Shown in pieces: positions 11,212 to 21,256 of a DNA stretch of 64,000 nt. The stretch is taken from contig JAAYDE010000100.1 of assembly GCA_012729375.1 (NCBI GenBank), positions 10,414 to 74,413 on the forward strand, in the 5' to 3' direction. A model generated the notes under the pieces. It worked only from the letters and a program-made list of their open reading frames with translations. It did no database searches and was not told the DNA's origin. Position numbers and translations under genes: made by a program. Position 1 is the first letter of the stretch, and each line of letters opens with the position of its first letter. Source of the DNA: Deltaproteobacteria bacterium. GTDB lineage: Bacteria > Desulfobacterota > Desulfuromonadia > Desulfuromonadales > JAAYDE01.

Positions 11212-11334
11212 AGTCGCGGCGGCCAATCCCGCCCGCCGTTCTGCCCTTTTTTGTTCCCTGGCCCCATCCATGAAAAAGGTCAATCCCCGGCCGCGGCAGG
11301 TTGTTTTTTCTGCTTTAAAAAATCCCCTGTTTGT

Positions 11335-11359
11335 ATAATTGACAGAAATACTCAGGTAT
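11335..11359 (+). promoter_or_regulatory. IscR type-1-like operator overlapping a TATAAT box upstream of cysE-iscR
   Basis: ATAATTGACAGAAATACTCAGGTAT matches ATASYYGACTRWWWYAGTCRRSTAT at 22/25 positions by eye; TATAAT at 11334-11339. Confidence 0.7.
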
Positions 11360-11427
11360 GATAATTACTCCCTGCCGAAAATAATTTGAAGTTGTTTAAT
11401 CTCGAAAAGAAAGTGGAGGTGTATCCG

Positions 11428-12165
11428 GTGCTGGCCCAATTGAAAGAAGATTTCAAGGCGGTTTTCGAGCGCGATCCCGCGGTACGCAGCGTAGCGGAGA
11501 TCATCTTCTGCTATCCCGGCTTTCATGCCATCCTCTTTTACCGGGTGAGCCACGCCCTGTGGACGAAGAAACTCTACTTCCTGGGGCGGTTGGTCTCCCA
11601 CCTCGGACGGTTTTTCACCGGCATTGAAATCCATCCCGGCGCCAAGATCGGCCATGGTTTCTTCATCGACCACGGCATGGGGGTGGTGATCGGCGAAACG
11701 GCGGAAATCGGTAACAACTGCACCCTCTATCACGGGGTGACCCTCGGCGGCACCTCCTGGGCGAAAGAGAAAAGGCATCCGACCCTGAAGGAGAATGTCG
11801 TGGTCGGCGCCGGCGCCAAGATCCTCGGCCCCTTCACCGTCGGCGAGGACTGCCGGATCGGCGCCAATTCCGTGGTGGTCAAAGAGGTTCCCCCCCATTC
11901 CACCGTTGTCGGCGTTCCCGGGCGCGTGGTCATGACCGCAGGCGTCAAGCAGGAACAGGAGCGCGCCGATCTCGAACACGGGCGCTTGCCGGATCCCCAG
12001 GCCAAGGCCATTTCCTGTCTGTTCGACCAGGTGGTCAACCTTGAGAAGAAGGTCAAGGAACTCACCCAGGAGCTCGACACGCTGCGCCGTTCCGCCACCC
12101 CTAAACGTCCGTCCCGGAAAAAGGATGCGGTCTCCCACAAGAAGGAAGAGAAGGCCAAGCAATGA
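11428..12165 (+). CDS. cysE: Serine O-acetyltransferase
   Basis: [41 protein letters not shown]; GTG start after GGAGG. Confidence 0.95.
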   Translation: MLAQLKEDFKAVFERDPAVRSVAEIIFCYPGFHAILFYRVSHALWTKKLYFLGRLVSHLGRFFTGIEIHPGAKIGHGFFIDHGMGVVIGETAEIGNNCTLYHGVTLGGTSWAKEKRHPTLKENVVVGAGAKILGPFTVGEDCRIGANSVVVKEVPPHSTVVGVPGRVVMTAGVKQEQERADLEHGRLPDPQAKAISCLFDQVVNLEKKVKELTQELDTLRRSATPKRPSRKKDAVSHKKEEKAKQ

Positions 12166-12611
12166 GGCTTTCCACCAAGGCACAGTATGCGGTTCGGGCC
12201 ATGGTCAGCCTCAATCTTCTCCATGAGGGCAGTCCGGTCAACCTGCGCGAGATCGCCCAGCGGGAAGATCTTTCCCTTTCCTACCTCGAGCAGTTGTTCG
12301 TTATGTTGCGCCGCAACGAGATCGTCCGCAGCGTCCGCGGTCCCGGCGGGGGATATGTCCCGGCGCGGCCGGCTGCGGAAATCCGCGTCGACGAGATCAT
12401 CGACAGTGTCGAAGAGACCCTGGTGCCGGTGGCCTGTATGGAAAAAGACGGCAAGTGCGTCTGTTCGGAGCAATGCGTCACCCGTTCCGTCTGGCAGGGC
12501 CTGGGGGAGCGGATTCGCGAATTTCTCGGTTCCATTACCCTGGAGGAACTCACCAGGGAAGCACGCAAAAAGATGGAGGGGATTTCCTCCAATGAAAACT
12601 TGAAGTCATGA
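12162..12611 (+). CDS. iscR: Rrf2-family Fe-S regulator IscR
   Basis: [30 protein letters not shown], Cys cluster [14 protein letters not shown]; located upstream of iscS. Confidence 0.88.
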   Translation: MRLSTKAQYAVRAMVSLNLLHEGSPVNLREIAQREDLSLSYLEQLFVMLRRNEIVRSVRGPGGGYVPARPAAEIRVDEIIDSVEETLVPVACMEKDGKCVCSEQCVTRSVWQGLGERIREFLGSITLEELTREARKKMEGISSNENLKS

Positions 12612-12625
12612 AAGGGGAAAGAGAC

Positions 12626-13807
12626 GTGAAAAGAATTTATCTGGACAACAACGCCACCACCGCGGTTCGTCCGGAAGTCCTGCAAGGGATGCTCCCTTTT
12701 TTCTGCGAGGCCTTCGGCAATCCGTCGAGCGTCCATTGGGCGGGCAGCCAGGTCAGCCCGGCGATCGAAAAAGCGCGCGGCCAGGTGGCGCAACTGCTCA
12801 ACTGTCAGCCGACGGAAATCGTTTTCACCGCCTGCGGCAGTGAAGGGGACAACTTCGCCCTGAAGGGGACGGTGGACGTTCTCCGGGAAAAGGGCAATCA
12901 CATCATCACCACCGCCGTGGAACATCCCGCGGTTCTCGACACCTGTCGCTTTCTGGAAAAAAAGGGCGTCGAGATCACCTATCTGCCGGTGGACGGAGAG
13001 GGACGGCTCGACCTCGACCTGCTGGAAAGATCGATCACTCCCCGCACCATCCTCATCAGTGTCATGTGGGCCAACAACGAAACCGGCGTCGTCTTTCCCA
13101 TCCACGAGATCGGCGTCGTCGCCCGCCGGCACAAGGTCCGCTTTTTCTGCGACGCGGTTCAGGCGGTGGGGCGCCTTCCCGTGGATGTCCAGAAGGCCCA
13201 GGTCGATCTGCTTTCCCTTTCTGGCCATAAGATCGGCGCCCCCAAAGGGGTTGGCGCCCTTTTCGTGCGCAAGGGGAACCCCCTGACGCCCCTGATTCAC
13301 GGCGGCCACCAGGAACGGCGGCGGCGCGCCGGAACCCACAATGTTCCCGGCATCGTCGGTTTGGGCATCGCCTGCCAAAAGGCCATGGACGAATTGAGTT
13401 TTGTTCCGGGCCGTATGGAGCCGTTGCGCGAGTGTTTGCAGAGCGGGCTTCTCACCCTGGTTCCGGAAATCAAGGTAAACGGCGCTTCGGCTCCTCGTCT
13501 TCCCAATACCCTGAATCTCTGTTTCGCCGGGATCGAGGGGGAGGCTCTGCTGCTCCATCTCGACATAGCGGGGATTGCCGCTTCCAGCGGCAGCGCCTGT
13601 ACTTCCGATGATCACGGCATGTCCCATGTGCTCGAGGCGATGGGGGTCGACCCGTTGCTCGGGCAGTCGAGCGTTCGCTTCAGTCTCGGCCGGGACACCG
13701 TGGCCGAGGATATCGACCGTGTTCTCGAGGTTGTGCCTGGAGTCGTCCAGAAGTTGCGGGATATGAGCCCCTTCTGGGAGGGCAGGGCCTGCCGCCGCGC
13801 ATCCTGA
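12626..13807 (+). CDS. iscS: Cysteine desulfurase (IscS/NifS)
   Basis: IYLDNNATT, GNPSSVH, SGHKIG (PLP Lys), SSGSACTS catalytic Cys; alternative ATG start at 12608. Confidence 0.95.
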   Translation: MKRIYLDNNATTAVRPEVLQGMLPFFCEAFGNPSSVHWAGSQVSPAIEKARGQVAQLLNCQPTEIVFTACGSEGDNFALKGTVDVLREKGNHIITTAVEHPAVLDTCRFLEKKGVEITYLPVDGEGRLDLDLLERSITPRTILISVMWANNETGVVFPIHEIGVVARRHKVRFFCDAVQAVGRLPVDVQKAQVDLLSLSGHKIGAPKGVGALFVRKGNPLTPLIHGGHQERRRRAGTHNVPGIVGLGIACQKAMDELSFVPGRMEPLRECLQSGLLTLVPEIKVNGASAPRLPNTLNLCFAGIEGEALLLHLDIAGIAASSGSACTSDDHGMSHVLEAMGVDPLLGQSSVRFSLGRDTVAEDIDRVLEVVPGVVQKLRDMSPFWEGRACRRAS

Positions 13808-13874
13808 GCGGCGCTGGGGATGAACGAGCGGTTCGTCGGCAGGCGGTCCGGGGTTTTGTCCCGATCAATTTCAC

Positions 13875-13898
13875 ACCCCCTCAGGGGGGTTATTTTTT
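13875..13898 (+). terminator. Terminator-like hairpin between iscS and iscU
   Basis: ACCCCC-TCAG-GGGGGT followed by TATTTTTT. Confidence 0.45.
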
Positions 13899-13916
13899 GC
13901 CAAGGAGATCGAGTTT

Positions 13917-14285
13917 ATGTATTCCGAAAAGGTTTTGGATCACTTCACCAACCCCCGCAATGTCGGCGAGATGACCAACGCCGACGCCACCGGCGAATTC
14001 GGCAGTTCCCATTGCGGCGACACCATCAAGGTTTTCCTTAAAGTGGAAGACAACGTGATTCAGGATATCAAGTTCAAGACCTTCGGCTGTGCGGCCGCTA
14101 TCGCCAGCTCGTCGATAATGACGGAAATGGTGCGGGGAAAGACCCTGGAGGATGGCCTGCAGTTGACCAACGATATGGTGGCCGAGGCGCTGGACGGCCT
14201 TCCTCCGGAAAAGATGCACTGTTCCTGTCTGGCGGCCGACGGCCTCCACAAAGCGATTCAAAACTATCTGAACGGGCAAAAATGA
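13917..14285 (+). CDS. iscU: Fe-S scaffold protein IscU/NifU-N
   Basis: [36 protein letters not shown]. Confidence 0.95.
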   Translation: MYSEKVLDHFTNPRNVGEMTNADATGEFGSSHCGDTIKVFLKVEDNVIQDIKFKTFGCAAAIASSSIMTEMVRGKTLEDGLQLTNDMVAEALDGLPPEKMHCSCLAADGLHKAIQNYLNGQK

Positions 14286-14343
14286 CCGCGGCCCTTATAC
14301 CGTTCCCCGCCGGAACCAGGCCGTTCCGGTCGCTGCCGCGGCG

Positions 14344-15399
14344 ATGACGAAGTCTCTCCGGAGCAAGGTTTTTGTCGCCCTGAGCGGCGGTATCGACTCG
14401 GCCGTAGCCGCGCTTCTGCTGTTGCGGCAGGGATGGAGGGTGGAGGGCATCACCATGCGGCTGGTGGCCTCCTCGGCGCCGAACGGGAAAGGGGATCTGG
14501 TGGCGGAAGCCGCTGCCGTGGCCGCGGCCCTCGGCATCCCCCATCATCTGGTCGATCTGAAGGAAGCCTTTCGCCGGCACGTGATCGAGCCTTTTCGGGA
14601 TGAGTACCTGCGCGGCAGGACCCCCAATCCCTGCGTGGTCTGCAACGGGGCTGTCAAATTCGGCCTGTTGCGGGAAGAGGCGCGGCGCCGCGGCGGGGAT
14701 TTTTTCGCCACCGGGCATTACGCGCGCATTGTCGATGCTGGCGGTCGCCGACTTCTGGCCAAGGGATACGATCCGGACAAGGATCAAAGCTATTTTCTTT
14801 TTCTGCTGACTCAAGAGCAGCTGGGGGGAACCCTCTTTCCCCTGGGGGAACTGACCAAGGAGCGAGTTCGGCAGATCGCCGCGGAAAACCAACTCGACAG
14901 GGCCGACCGCGACGAAAGCCAGGATATCTGTTTCATCGGCAGCGAAGGGTATGGCGGTTTTCTGCGCCGCGACTGTGGCGTCATCGGCAGGGAAGGGGAG
15001 ATTCGCCACATCACCGGGCGAATCCTGGGCCGCCATCAGGGAATTCATCTTTTTACCGTGGGTCAGCGGCGGGGATTGGGGCTTTCCTGGCCGGAACCGC
15101 TCTATGTGTTGTGCCTGGACGCGGAGCAAAACAGGGTCATCGTCGGCGAAAGGCGGCATCTGGCGGCCACGCATCTCGAGGCGAAAGGGGTGCGCTGGAT
15201 ATCCTCCGCGCCGCAGGGGCCGCTGTCCTGCCGTTGCCGCATCCGCTATCGGCACCGGGAAGCCGCGGCCGTCGTCCTGCCCCTGGGTGAGCAACGGGTC
15301 GCCGTCGATTTCCGCGAGCCCCAGATTGGGATCACCCCCGGCCAGGCGGCGGTTTTTTATCAGGGGGATTTGGTCATGGGTGGAGGATGGATCGTCTAG
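14344..15399 (+). CDS. mnmA: tRNA 2-thiouridylase
   Basis: [53 protein letters not shown]. Confidence 0.95.
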   Translation: MTKSLRSKVFVALSGGIDSAVAALLLLRQGWRVEGITMRLVASSAPNGKGDLVAEAAAVAAALGIPHHLVDLKEAFRRHVIEPFRDEYLRGRTPNPCVVCNGAVKFGLLREEARRRGGDFFATGHYARIVDAGGRRLLAKGYDPDKDQSYFLFLLTQEQLGGTLFPLGELTKERVRQIAAENQLDRADRDESQDICFIGSEGYGGFLRRDCGVIGREGEIRHITGRILGRHQGIHLFTVGQRRGLGLSWPEPLYVLCLDAEQNRVIVGERRHLAATHLEAKGVRWISSAPQGPLSCRCRIRYRHREAAAVVLPLGEQRVAVDFREPQIGITPGQAAVFYQGDLVMGGGWIV

Positions 15400-16700
15400 G
15401 CAAAACCGTCTCCCTGGTCACCCTCGGCTGCAAAACCAATCAGTTCGAGACCAGCCTCATGGAGGAACGCCTCCGTTCCGCGGGTTTTGAGGTGGTGCCT
15501 TTCGAGGCGGGGGCCGATCTGGTCGTCGTCAATACCTGCACCGTGACCGCCGCCACCGACACCCAGTCCCGTAACCTGGTGCGGCGCAGCCGCCGGCTCA
15601 ACCCCCATTGCCGTATCGTGGTGACGGGATGCTACGCCCAGGTCAAGCCGCAGATATGGGCGGATTTCCCCGGTGTCTTTCTGGTTCTCGGCAACGAGGA
15701 AAAAAGCTCGCTCCTCGCCTGCCTGGCGGAAGGCGGCGCGGAAGGGCGCGTTCGTGTTTCCGACATCCGCGCCGCCTGTTCCGGCCTTTCCCTGGCATCC
15801 CACCCGGTCACCGACCGCAGCCGCGCCTATGTGCAGATTCAAAACGGCTGCGATGCCTTTTGCACCTACTGCATCATTCCCTTTGCCCGGGGGGCCAGCC
15901 GTTCCCTGGCGCCGGAAAAAGTTCTCGCCGAAGCCGCCGCATTGACCGGACAGGGTTTTTCGGAAATCGTTCTGACCGGCATCCATATCGGCTGTTACGG
16001 GCGCGATCTCGTGCCTTCCACCTCCCTTTTCGATTTGGTTTGCCGCCTCGAAAAGGAAACTTCCGTGCCGCGAATCCGCCTCGGTTCCATCGAGCCCCAG
16101 GAGCTTACTTGCCCCCTGATCGACGCCATGGCCGCTTCGGAGCGACTCTGCTCCCATTTCCACATCCCCCTTCAATCAGGGGATGACGACGTGCTGAAGC
16201 GCATGGGCCGGCCCTACGGGCGGGATTTCTTCCGGGATCTGGTCAACCGCATTCATGCAACGATCGCCGATGCAGGGATCGGCGTCGATGTCATTGCCGG
16301 TTTTCCGGGGGAAAGCGAAAGGGAATTCCGCCATACCTGGGAACTGATCGAGAGCCTGCCGGTGAGCTATCTCCATGTTTTTCCGTACAGCCGACGCCCG
16401 GGGACCGCGGCCGCGGCGATGAAAAATCAGTTGCCGGCCGCCCTGGTCAAGGAGCGCGCGGCCTTGCTGCGCCAACTGGGCGAGAGCAAAAAAAGGTCTT
16501 TTTACCGTCGTTTTTTGGGGCGAAGACTCAGGGTTGTGGTTGAAGGAGAGAAAAAGGGGGGGATGCACCGGGGCTTGTCGGGAAATTTTCTGCCGGTATA
16601 TTTCCCTTGTGACAACCATCGGGCGAAGGAGATCGTCACTGTGGAGATCCAGGGGATTTCAGAAAAGGGCCTGAGGGGAAAGATCATCGCCGTGGGATAA
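15387..16700 (+). CDS. mtaB: tRNA t6A37 methylthiotransferase (radical SAM)
   Basis: [29 protein letters not shown] radical-SAM motif, [12 protein letters not shown]. Confidence 0.92.
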   Translation: MDRLGKTVSLVTLGCKTNQFETSLMEERLRSAGFEVVPFEAGADLVVVNTCTVTAATDTQSRNLVRRSRRLNPHCRIVVTGCYAQVKPQIWADFPGVFLVLGNEEKSSLLACLAEGGAEGRVRVSDIRAACSGLSLASHPVTDRSRAYVQIQNGCDAFCTYCIIPFARGASRSLAPEKVLAEAAALTGQGFSEIVLTGIHIGCYGRDLVPSTSLFDLVCRLEKETSVPRIRLGSIEPQELTCPLIDAMAASERLCSHFHIPLQSGDDDVLKRMGRPYGRDFFRDLVNRIHATIADAGIGVDVIAGFPGESEREFRHTWELIESLPVSYLHVFPYSRRPGTAAAAMKNQLPAALVKERAALLRQLGESKKRSFYRRFLGRRLRVVVEGEKKGGMHRGLSGNFLPVYFPCDNHRAKEIVTVEIQGISEKGLRGKIIAVG

Positions 16701-16793
16701 TTTTCCCGTGGAAATCTGCGCAAACCTTAGCAACAGAGCGAGGATGCCGGCGGTTCCCGGAAGGCCGGTTTTCCATGAACGAAAGGAACATGG

Positions 16794-17159
16794 ATGAAAA
16801 CAACAATCTACCTGGTCATTTTATACTCTGGTTTCATCATCAGTGCCTTTATCTTTTGTTCCTCTCTCTTCGTTACTCTGATCAGCCGCTATCGACTGGA
16901 AAAAAAACTGGCCGCCAACCGGGCATGGCTGACCCCCAACTGGCTGGCAATCCTCTTTCTCGGTTTCGGAACGCCTTTTTTCTTTCTGGGTGTTCTGTTG
17001 TGGAACCGCGGCGAGTTGAATATGGTTCTGATCACCACCGGTGTGGCGCTGGCCCTTGGCTTTCTGCTGGGGCGCAAGGCCGAGGAAGAGCTGCGGGATT
17101 ATGGACAGAGGAAGGGCGGCGGCGGGGGAACCAGGAAAAAGAAAACCCGGCGCCGGTAG
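16794..17159 (+). CDS. Hypothetical small membrane protein (3 predicted TM segments, basic C-tail)
   Basis: 121-aa ORF with three hydrophobic stretches. Confidence 0.6.
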   Translation: MKTTIYLVILYSGFIISAFIFCSSLFVTLISRYRLEKKLAANRAWLTPNWLAILFLGFGTPFFFLGVLLWNRGELNMVLITTGVALALGFLLGRKAEEELRDYGQRKGGGGGTRKKKTRRR

Positions 17160-17243
17160 GAAACGATGTCTCCCCTGAATCCGCCCTGATTCCCTGGTGC
17201 GGGGTACCGTTGCCGCCGGCAATTTTTTCGGCCGGCCGCCGGG

Positions 17244-18002
17244 TCAGTGGTTCTGGTAATAGATGGCCGAATGATCCATGATGTCGTGAACCTGAATGGC
17301 CGTTTCCAGAAACTGTTCCATTTCGTGGGGAGGAATTTTTTTTCTGTGGCGATAGACGATGAGCTTTTCTCCCTTCCCTTCGATGCACAGATCCCGTTCC
17401 TTTTCGCAGAGGATGATAATCCCTGAGTTGAGGAAAATGCCGCGGATTTTTTCCTCTTCCTGGCCGTAGAGCTGGTAGATTTCCGAAAACAGGGGGAAGG
17501 AACGGCATTCGATGGTTCGATAGCCTAATTTGTTTTCAAGTCTCTCCATGGCGCTGGACTCCATGGCCGCCCGAGGTTGCAGGGAAAAAGCGGGGAGAAA
17601 AAGGTTGTTGGTTTTGAAACAGGCCAGAGTCTGGACCAGGCACGATTCATCCTCCCCGTCCTGTTCCATGGCGGCCGGGTCCCCCTCGATTTTGGTTTTG
17701 TAATCGAAAACGGCCACGAAAGCCTGACCCATCCCCCGGGTCAGAAGATTTTCCTCGAAGCCGGGTCTGCCCGAATTGAACAGGGGCAGGGAGGAAAATT
17801 GCTGGAGGATGGAACCATCCCCTGCCTCACGGAAAGAGAAGGCCAACTGGAGGGCGACTTCTTTCATTTCCGCGGTCCTCTTGCGGGTGAAGCGTTTGCC
17901 GAGGATCATGGCCGATCCCCAAAGGATGAGGGTCGTTCCCGAAATGAGGGTGAGAACCTGGTCGGTTCCCAGCATTTTGATCTTTTCGAACAGGGTCACC
18001 AT
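17244..18002 (-). CDS. Hypothetical N-terminally membrane-anchored protein
   Basis: GGGGAG RBS, single TM followed by basic residues, 252 aa. Confidence 0.7.
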   Translation of the reverse strand: MVTLFEKIKMLGTDQVLTLISGTTLILWGSAMILGKRFTRKRTAEMKEVALQLAFSFREAGDGSILQQFSSLPLFNSGRPGFEENLLTRGMGQAFVAVFDYKTKIEGDPAAMEQDGEDESCLVQTLACFKTNNLFLPAFSLQPRAAMESSAMERLENKLGYRTIECRSFPLFSEIYQLYGQEEEKIRGIFLNSGIIILCEKERDLCIEGKGEKLIVYRHRKKIPPHEMEQFLETAIQVHDIMDHSAIYYQNH

Positions 18003-18149
18003 TTCTTAATCTCCCCTTCCTGTCGATCGGATTACCATTCCCTCCTCTTCAGTTAAGGGAAAAGCCTCTTGTGGCGGTGAAAAAAACTTTTTTAATCAAA
18101 ACCAGTTGGATTCTATCATAGAAAATGGGTTTTTCCCTTGGGAAAACGG

Positions 18150-18182
18150 CAAGGGGGCAATCCCCGCGGGAATGCCCCCTTG
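18150..18182 (-). terminator. Intrinsic terminator after gdhA
   Basis: CAAGGGGGCATTCCC/GGGATTGCCCCCTTG hairpin followed by CCGTTTT on the minus strand. Confidence 0.65.
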
Positions 18183-18204
18183 AACAGTTTTCCCGACCTG
18201 GGTT

Positions 18205-19548
18205 TTACACCAGGCCCTGGTCGATCATGGCGTCGGCCACCCGGATAAATCCGGCGATGTTCGCGCCCTTGACGTAATTGACGTAGCCGTCGGCTTCCTG
18301 GCCATATTTCAGGCAGTTGTTGTGGATGGCGACCATGATTTCGTGGAGCCGGCGGTCCACTTCCTCCCTGGTCCAGGACAACCGCATGCTGTTCTGGCTC
18401 ATCTCCAGGCCGGAAGTGGCCACGCCGCCGGCGTTGGAGGCTTTGCCGGGGGCGAAGAGAAGTTTCGCTTTCTGGATGACATGGACCGCCTTGGGAGTGC
18501 ATGGCATATTGGCCCCTTCGCAGACGGCCAGGCATCCGTTGGCGACAAGCTTCCTGGCGTCCTCCTCGTCCACTTCGTTCTGGGTGGCGCAGGGCAGGGC
18601 GATGTCGCACTTGACTTCCCAGGGACGCCGGTCTTTGAAGAATTGGGCGTGGGGATACTGCTGGGCGTAGGGTTCGCAGATGTCCATGTTGGAGGCCCTG
18701 AGCTTGAGCAGAAAATCGATCTTCTCGCCGGCGATGCCGTCGGGGTCGTAGATATAGCCGTCGGGGCCGGAAATGGTCACTACCTTGGCGCCCAGTTGGG
18801 TGGCTTTCAGGGTCGCGCCCCAGGCCACATTGCCAAAACCGGAAACGGAGACGGTTTTGCCTTCGAAGGATTCCTGATTCCTCTTCAGCATCTCCTCGGC
18901 GAAATAAACGCAACCGAAACCGGTGGCTTCGGGACGGACCAGACTCCCCCCCCAATTCAGGCCCTTGCCGGTGAGAACGCCGGTAAATTCGTTTTTAAGC
19001 CTTTTGTACTGACCGAACAAATAGCCGACTTCCCGTCCTCCGACCCCGATGTCCCCGGCCGGAACGTCGGTGTCGGCGCCGATGTGGCGAAACAGTTCGG
19101 TCATGAAGCTCTGGCAAAATCTCATGACTTCGTTGTCGGTTTTCCCTTTGGGATCGAAATCCGAGCCGCCCTTGCCGCCACCCATCGGCAGGGTGGTCAG
19201 GCTGTTTTTGAAAACCTGCTCGAAAGCGAGAAATTTCAGAATGCCGAGGTTGACGCTGGGGTGAAAACGCAAGCCTCCTTTATAGGGTCCGATGGCGCTG
19301 TTCATTTCGATGCGGAAACCCCGGTTGACCTTGATTTCACCCTTGTCGGTCATCCAGGGGACGCGGAAAATGATGATCCTTTCCGGTTCGACGATGCGCT
19401 TGAGGATTCTGGCTTCCTCATATCGAGGGTGTTCCTCGATATAGGGCATGACCGATTCCACCACCTCGGAAACGGCCTGGTGGAATTCCAGTTCTCCAGG
19501 ATTTTTGCGGACCACCGCCTCAAGGAATTCTTCAATTCTTTTTGACAT
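18205..19548 (-). CDS. gdhA: NADP-specific glutamate dehydrogenase
   Basis: AAGGAG RBS; GPYKGGLRFHP, GGGKGG, DVPAGDIGVG, GFGNVA, EGANMP, NAGGVATSGLEMSQN. Confidence 0.96.
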   Translation of the reverse strand: MSKRIEEFLEAVVRKNPGELEFHQAVSEVVESVMPYIEEHPRYEEARILKRIVEPERIIIFRVPWMTDKGEIKVNRGFRIEMNSAIGPYKGGLRFHPSVNLGILKFLAFEQVFKNSLTTLPMGGGKGGSDFDPKGKTDNEVMRFCQSFMTELFRHIGADTDVPAGDIGVGGREVGYLFGQYKRLKNEFTGVLTGKGLNWGGSLVRPEATGFGCVYFAEEMLKRNQESFEGKTVSVSGFGNVAWGATLKATQLGAKVVTISGPDGYIYDPDGIAGEKIDFLLKLRASNMDICEPYAQQYPHAQFFKDRRPWEVKCDIALPCATQNEVDEEDARKLVANGCLAVCEGANMPCTPKAVHVIQKAKLLFAPGKASNAGGVATSGLEMSQNSMRLSWTREEVDRRLHEIMVAIHNNCLKYGQEADGYVNYVKGANIAGFIRVADAMIDQGLV

Positions 19549-19683
19549 GTTTTTACTCCTTGTGTTGTTATGAAAAGGTTTCGTAAAGAAAGGGGTTCTT
19601 TTCTTTGTTAACTTCCGAAGACGCACTCGTAAATAAGTAATTATCTATGATCATTATGATTTTTGAAAAAAATCAGGTTCCTG

Positions 19684-19743
19684 AAAAAAGAAAAAGACAT
19701 CCCCTGAGGACGCCTTTGTCTTAATCGCGCACGCCGTTGTGCG
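19684..19743 (-). promoter_or_regulatory. ANTAR-target RNA (two hexaloop hairpins) overlapping an intrinsic terminator in the gdhA leader
   Basis: Minus strand: CGCAC-AACGGC-GTGCG, 7-nt spacer, GAC-AAAGGC-GTC; the second hairpin overlaps the terminator AAAGGCGTCC...GGATGTCTTT and its U-tract. Confidence 0.85.
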
Positions 19744-19764
19744 TTCTGCAAATTTCTTCGCCCC

Positions 19765-19794
19765 TGTATACTGATTTTCGAGGAAAGATGTCAA
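19765..19794 (-). promoter_or_regulatory. Candidate sigma-70 promoter for gdhA
   Basis: TTGACA-N18-TATACA, about 20 bp upstream of the first ANTAR hairpin. Confidence 0.5.
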
Positions 19795-19932
19795 GGGCTT
19801 TGGTAAAGTGGTCGCGGTTCCTTCGGCGCATCGCCCTTGCTTCTCCGAACACATTGAAATATCATATGAAAAAATTTCATCTCCGACGGTTTTTAAAGGG
19901 CCCTTGCGGCCTGGAATGGAAGGAATGCCGAT

Positions 19933-20682
19933 TTGAGCGAATATGAAGACAACTCCTCTCCCTCGCCGGACAGACTTCTGAACGCCCTCTCCAGAATCAG
20001 CGAGGCCATTACATCCGATCTTTATCTGGACGATATTCTCAAGTTCATCGTCACCGTTACGGCGGAACTACTGCAGTCCAAGATCTGCTCTCTGATGCTG
20101 CTGGACGAAAGCAGTAAGGAACTGGTGGTCAAGGCAACTCAATCGATCAGCGAGGATTATCTCCGCAAACCGAACATCAAGCTGGGGACGGGGATTGCCG
20201 GCAAGGTGGTCCAGACGGGAAAGGAATTGACCGTCGCCGATGTCAAAAAGGATCGCCGCTACATCTGCACCGACATCGCCTGCAAGGAAAATCTCTGCTC
20301 CCTGCTCAGCGTTCCTCTGCTTTACAAGGGTTCGGTGATCGGGGTGCTCAACTGCTACACCTCGGTTCCCCATGTCTTTACCGCCGCGGAAAAGAAGGCC
20401 ATTCGCTCGATAGCCAATCAGGCGGCGGTGGTCATCGCCAACTTCAAACTGGTGGTGGAAAGTCAGGTGATCAAGGAGGAACTGGAGGCCCGCAAACTGA
20501 TCGAGACTGCCAAGCGCCTGCTGATGGAACAGGAAGGGGTCAGCGAGCGGGAAGCCTACAACCGGATGCGGCAGTACAGCATGAACACGCGGCGCAGCAT
20601 GCGCGTTGTGGCTGAGGCCATCGTGCTGACCCAGAAGGCCAATCTCACCGAGCTCAAGCCGATGTTTCTGCGCAGCAAATAG
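19933..20682 (+). CDS. GAF-ANTAR RNA-binding antiterminator
   Basis: AAGGA RBS with TTG start; GAF domain (GIAGKVV, SLLSVPL, IGVLNCY), then coiled coil and ANTAR motif RKLIETAKRLLM..SEREAYNRMRQYSMN..MRVVAEAI. Confidence 0.92.
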   Translation: MSEYEDNSSPSPDRLLNALSRISEAITSDLYLDDILKFIVTVTAELLQSKICSLMLLDESSKELVVKATQSISEDYLRKPNIKLGTGIAGKVVQTGKELTVADVKKDRRYICTDIACKENLCSLLSVPLLYKGSVIGVLNCYTSVPHVFTAAEKKAIRSIANQAAVVIANFKLVVESQVIKEELEARKLIETAKRLLMEQEGVSEREAYNRMRQYSMNTRRSMRVVAEAIVLTQKANLTELKPMFLRSK

Positions 20683-20738
20683 CCTTTGGCGTCACTCCTG
20701 CGGAGGGCGTGTGCGGCGGCGTTTCAGCGGTGGTTGGG

Positions 20739-21242
20739 TTATTCTCGGGCGGCGCGGAGCGCCTGGACCAGAATTTCGACCCGGCCGCCCTTGGGCAGCG
20801 CGGCGACCTGAAAGGCCGCCCTGGCCGGTGGATTCGTCGTGAAAAAGGTTGCGTAAACTTCGTTCATCGCAGCAAAATCATTGATGTCTGCCAGGAAAAC
20901 CTGAACTTGGACCACATCCTGCACTGTAAAGGAGGCTTCCTCCAGAATCGCCTGGACATTGGCCAGGGCCTGGCGGGTTTCAGCGACGACTCCACCCGGG
21001 ACCAGGGTTCCGGCAGCGGGGTCAATACCGAGTTGTCCGGAGATGAACAACTGGTTTTCCACCTGTATCGCCTGGGAATAGGGGCCGATAGCGGCCGGTG
21101 CTTGAGGGGTGTGAATGATTTTCCGTTGGGTGCTGGCCATGTCCGCTCCTTGTGCCGGCAAAGATACCGTTGACAGAAAAAGCAATATCCAAAAGGGAGT
21201 GAGGCGCAAAAGGGCTGGCCCCTTTTTCGTGTCTGCCGCCAT
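20739..21242 (-). CDS. ridA: RidA (YjgF/UK114) enamine deaminase, with optional N-terminal signal peptide
   Basis: APAAIGPYSQA, ISGQL, FAAMNEVYA, PPARAAFQVAALP..VEI; second start at 21140. Confidence 0.9.
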   Translation of the reverse strand: MAADTKKGPALLRLTPFWILLFLSTVSLPAQGADMASTQRKIIHTPQAPAAIGPYSQAIQVENQLFISGQLGIDPAAGTLVPGGVVAETRQALANVQAILEEASFTVQDVVQVQVFLADINDFAAMNEVYATFFTTNPPARAAFQVAALPKGGRVEILVQALRAARE

Positions 21243-21256
21243 TGTGCGGCCTCCTC

